DNA of 64,000 nt, taken from assembly GCA_030390025.1 (NCBI GenBank), contig JASTWF010000328.1:186001-250000 (forward strand). Direction: 5' to 3'. Below, piece by piece: positions 59,926-64,000 of this stretch. The position numbers were made by a program, and so were the translations under genes. Position 1 is the stretch's first letter; each line of letters starts with the position of its first letter. The DNA comes from Squalus acanthias. Its lineage: Eukaryota. The notes beneath the pieces are model-generated. The model made no database searches. It had not been told where the DNA came from and worked only from the letters and a program-made list of their open reading frames with translations.

Positions 59926-60137
59926 CACTGCAACTGTTTTTCTAAAGCACAGAGTAAATTGCACATTTGCAGTCAAAACATGGGGATATTCAGGAGGCTG
60001 GGCTGGGGATCTGAGGGAAGGTACAAAATCAACAAAAATACTCGGCCTTGAAATTTATTTTTTAGTAAGCCGAATAAATACTACATGACATTATTTCACG
60101 CTTTCAATATTCTCATTTGCTCCTCTGCCATTATTAG

Positions 60138-60302
60138 ATCTTCCGGTGTATGACGGAGTGATTGAGGAAGGTCCACAGCTGGAAGTAAACAGGGATTGTA
60201 GACTGAGGAACAACAGCAGGTGAACCAGCACAGGATTGTGAACACCAACCAGAGAGAACCCTTCCGATTCAAAGAGCTTCCAGAGATCAACTGTGGAGAA
60301 AG
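60138..60302 (+). other. Paralog of probable non-coding exon 26569-26720
   Basis: Near-colinear sequence with AG acceptor and AAG|gtcaga donor. Homology continues to ~60790. Confidence 0.45.
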
Positions 60303-60790
60303 GTCAGAGAAAGTCTTATTAACTCCGCTAAACACTGGTCCTGGAGATAGTACACAAAGGTTACAAAGTGAGGCAGGTATTGGTGAGAATGAGAGTGAGT
60401 GTCTGACCACCGAGCCCAATTATCCAGCATGAGGCTGTGCAATGAAATGTGAAGTGAGATCAGTTTCTGTCTCAACACATAGTCACAAGTAAATCTTGTG
60501 TGTGTTTTAGAGTAAAGGGGTTTGATCTAAGAGGTGACTCTGGGGTAGAGTCTGGGGCAGAGCCCAGCAGATGGACACGTGTCTGTTTGTTAGGTGGGGC
60601 TGAACTCACACCGACACCATCAGATCTCACTATTTAAAATATTTCAGTCTGTTGACAGATCAAGGGGAAAGATTGAACAGGGAAACTAATTATTATCAAT
60701 TCATTGAACACGATTCAGAGACCAACCTATAGCCTGTGACCAGCAGATGTGGAAATTGTCAGATAGTGAATGCTGAGCACAGCGTTATTA

Positions 60791-62726
60791 CATAAGAAGT
60801 CGGAGCAGGAGTAGGTCACACAGCCCCTCGAGCCTGTTCCGCTATTCAATAAGATCATGGCTGATCATCGACCTCAACTCCACCTACCCGCACGATCTCC
60901 ATATCCCTGGATTCCCTTAGAGTCCAAAATCTATCTATCTCAGCCATGAATATACTCAAAGACTCAGCATTCACAGCCCCTTGGGGCAGAGAATTCCAAA
61001 GATTCACAACCCTCTGAGTGAAGAAATTCCTCCTCATCTCAATCTTAAATGGCTTACCCCTTAACCTGAGACTGTGCCCCCTAGTTCTAGACACTCCAGC
61101 CAGGGGAAACAACCTCTTAGCATCTAGCCTGTCAATCCCTTCAGAATCGTGTATGTTTCAATGAGATCACCTCTCATTCTTCTAAACTCCAGAGAGTATA
61201 GGCCCAATCTACACAATCTCTCATCCCAGGAATCAATCTAGTGAACCTTCGTTGCACCGCCTCCAAGGCAAGTATATCCTTCCTTAGATAAGGAGACCAA
61301 AACTGTGCACAGTACTCCAGGTGTGGCCTCACCAAGGCCCTGTACAATTGTAGCAAGACTTCCTTACTCTTATACTCCAAGCCCCTTGCAATAAAGGCCA
61401 ACATGCCATTGACTTCCTTATGCTTGCTGTACCTGCATGCTAGCTTCCTGTGTTCCTTGCGCGAGGACACCCAAATCTCTATAAACACCAACATTTGTAA
61501 GTTTCTCGCCATTTAAAACTTATTCTGTTTTTCTATTCTACCTCACATTTCCCTACATTATGCTGCATCTGCCACCTTACTGCCCACTCAATTAGTCTAT
61601 CTATATCCCTTTGCAGACTCTGTGTTCCCCTCACAGCTTACTGTCTCACCTAGATTCGTATCGTCCGCAAACTTGGATACATTACACTCGGTCCCTTCAT
61701 CTAGGTCATTAATATAGATTGCAAATAGCTGAGGCTCCAATACTGATCCACTAGTTACCCCTGCCAACCTGAAAAAGATCCGTTTATCCCTACTCTCTGT
61801 TTTCTGTCCGTTAACCAATCCTCTATCCATGCTGCTATATTACCCCCAACCCCATGAGCCCTAATCTTGTGTAATAACCTTTTATGTGGAACCTTATCGA
61901 ATGCCTTTTGAAAATTCAAATATACTACATCCGCTGGTTCCACTTTATCTACCCTGCTAGTTACATCCTCAAAAAACTCTAATTTGTCAAACACGATTTC
62001 CCTTTCATAAAAGCACGTTGACTTTGCCTAATCCTGTTCTGATTTTTAAGTGCCCTGATGCAACTTCCTTAACAATGGATTCCAGCATTTTCCCGATGAC
62101 TGATGTCAGGCTAACTGGCCTGTAGTTTCCTGTTTTCTCTCTCACTCCTTTTTGAATAGCGGTGTTACATTTGCGACCTTCCAATCCGCTGGGACCGTTC
62201 TAGAATCTAGGGAATTTTGGAAGATCGAAACCAATGCATCCGCTATCTCTTCAGCCACCTCTTTTAGAACCCTAGCATGTATGTCATTAGATCCAGGGGA
62301 TTTGTCGGCTTTTAGTCCCATTAGTTTCTCTAGCACTTTTTCTCTACTTATATTAATTATGTTTTTTTTAAACTTGGTTCTGCACCTTTTTTAAAATGCT
62401 TTTTGTGTCTTCTACTGTGAAGACAAGTATTTGTTTAAGGTTTCTGCCATTTCCTTATTCCCTGAATAATTTCTCCTGTCTCAGCCTCTAAGAGACCAAC
62501 GTTTACTTTCACTACTCTCTTCCTTTTTACATACTTGTAGAAGCTCTTACAATCTGCTTTTATATTTCTTGCTAGTTTTCTCATATTCTATTTTTGCCCT
62601 TATCCATTTTTTGGTCAACCTTTGCAGGTTTCTGAAACTCTCCCAATCCTCAGACTTACTATTATTCTTTGCAACATTATAAGCTTCTTCTTTGAATCTA
62701 ATGCTATCCTTAACTTCTTTAGTTAG
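60791..62726 (-). mobile_element. Decayed CR1 LINE
   Basis: KSPG..RVLKEVAEEIA, KAFDKV, FADDT and LVRPHLEYC on -. Same subfamily as 23480-25765. Confidence 0.9.
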
Positions 62727-63295
62727 GGTGGGGGGTGGAGGCCTGGGCCAGTGTGGGGGGGTGCGGAGTGCTGGGCCGGAGGGGGCAGCGGGGGCCTGGG
62801 CCAGTGTGGGGGGGGGGGGGGGTGGTTGCGGAGTGCTGGGCCGGAGGGGGCAGCGGGGGCCTGGGCCGGTGGATTGGGCGGGTATCTGGGACAGTGAGGC
62901 GGCGGGTAGCTGGGCCGGTGGAGGGGGTATCGGGGGGCTGGGCCAGTGGAGGGAGTGGGTATCTGGGCCAGTGAGGGGGCGGGGCGGCTGGGCCAGTGAA
63001 GGGGGCGGGGGGGCTGGGCCAGTGGAGGGGCGGGTATCTGGGCCAGTGGAGGGGCGGGTATCTGGGCCAGTGAAGGTGGCGGGGGGGCTGGGCCAGTGGA
63101 GGGGCGGGTATCTGGGCCAGTGAAGGGGGCGGGGGCCTGGGCCAGTGAGGTGGCGGGGGGCTGAGCCAGTGAAGGGGGCGGGGGCCTGGGCCAGTGAAGG
63201 GGGCGGGGGCCTGGGCCAGTGAGGTGGCGGGGGCCTGGGCCAGTGAGGTGGCGGGGGGCTGAGCCGGGTGGGGGTGGGGGCTGTGCCCGTGGGGT
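62727..63295. repeat. G-rich ~23-26 bp degenerate tandem repeat
   Basis: ggggcgggggcctgggccagtga and ggcgggtatctgggccagtgga variants. Confidence 0.9.
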
Positions 63296-64000
63296 GACGG
63301 AGGAACAACATCACTTGAATTGTACAGGATCGGTCAGAAGGTAAGTTCCATGTTGCTGAGCCTCACTGCAAATAAAAGATGCTTTGAATGGGATGTGTGA
63401 TAAATGGATGAGGGAGAAAGGAATATAAGGTTATGCTGATGGGGTTAGATGAAGAGCGCTGGCAGCAGGCTCGTGTGGACCATAAACACCGGCACAGGCC
63501 ACTTGGGCTGAATAGCTTGTTTCTCTGCTGATAATTCCATGTAAAACAGGAGGTGACGATGCCGCATTTTCTGAGGGAGTTTCGTATAAAGAGAACATCA
63601 GAAGCTTTGCTCTTATTCTGTAGCCTGCAAAATGCAAACTCCTCCGGTGGAACTGGGAGATTCCAGTCGCCCAGCCAGAGCCCGTGGAAGAATCTGTAAA
63701 AGTGAAATGAGTTCAACTGATTCTATAACATTGAATCACAAATAGGGTTTGTGTATTTCAGAAGAGAGGGTTTGATCGGAGACTCGTCCCGTTTGACACG
63801 TGGCTGAAGCGTTCGGCAGGTGCATCTCCATCCCCAGCCTCCCTTTCCTCAATGTTTTGTCGCTTCCCGAATTTCTGCCCATCTTTTTCACAGCCTCATG
63901 TTTGAATCTGTCCAATCGGGTTTCTGCTCCTGCCACAGCACTGAGACTGTGACCGTGGTAAACTATCCTTCCTCATTCTTCTCGACCTCTGCCGTCTTTG

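Overview
Repeat-rich vertebrate genomic DNA, most likely from a cartilaginous fish. That is inferred from the C2H2-ZNF style, the abundant CR1 LINEs and the NLR-type exons, and was not confirmed by any search. From left to right the window holds: a degenerating C2H2 zinc-finger gene with a CpG promoter (- strand); two 5'-truncated Penelope-like (GIY-YIG, Neptune-type) retroelements with inverted pseudo-LTRs and hammerhead-ribozyme-like cores; two full-length ~7.18-kb Tx1-clade LINEs in head-to-tail tandem; a + strand gene model with a CpG promoter and in-frame N-terminal exons resembling a shark NLR gene, including a 66-bp coding VNTR and a duplicated 96-bp cassette exon; the start of a paralogous copy of that locus near 59 kb; many nested CR1, L2 and RTE fragments; and more than ten minisatellites. 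The most notable observation concerns the Tx1 copies. Both are inserted at exactly the same nucleotide of the Penelope terminal repeat, and each carries at its 5' end a captured ~55-bp copy of that target. This suggests a target-specific Tx1 family that parasitises Penelope elements and regenerates its own landing site.
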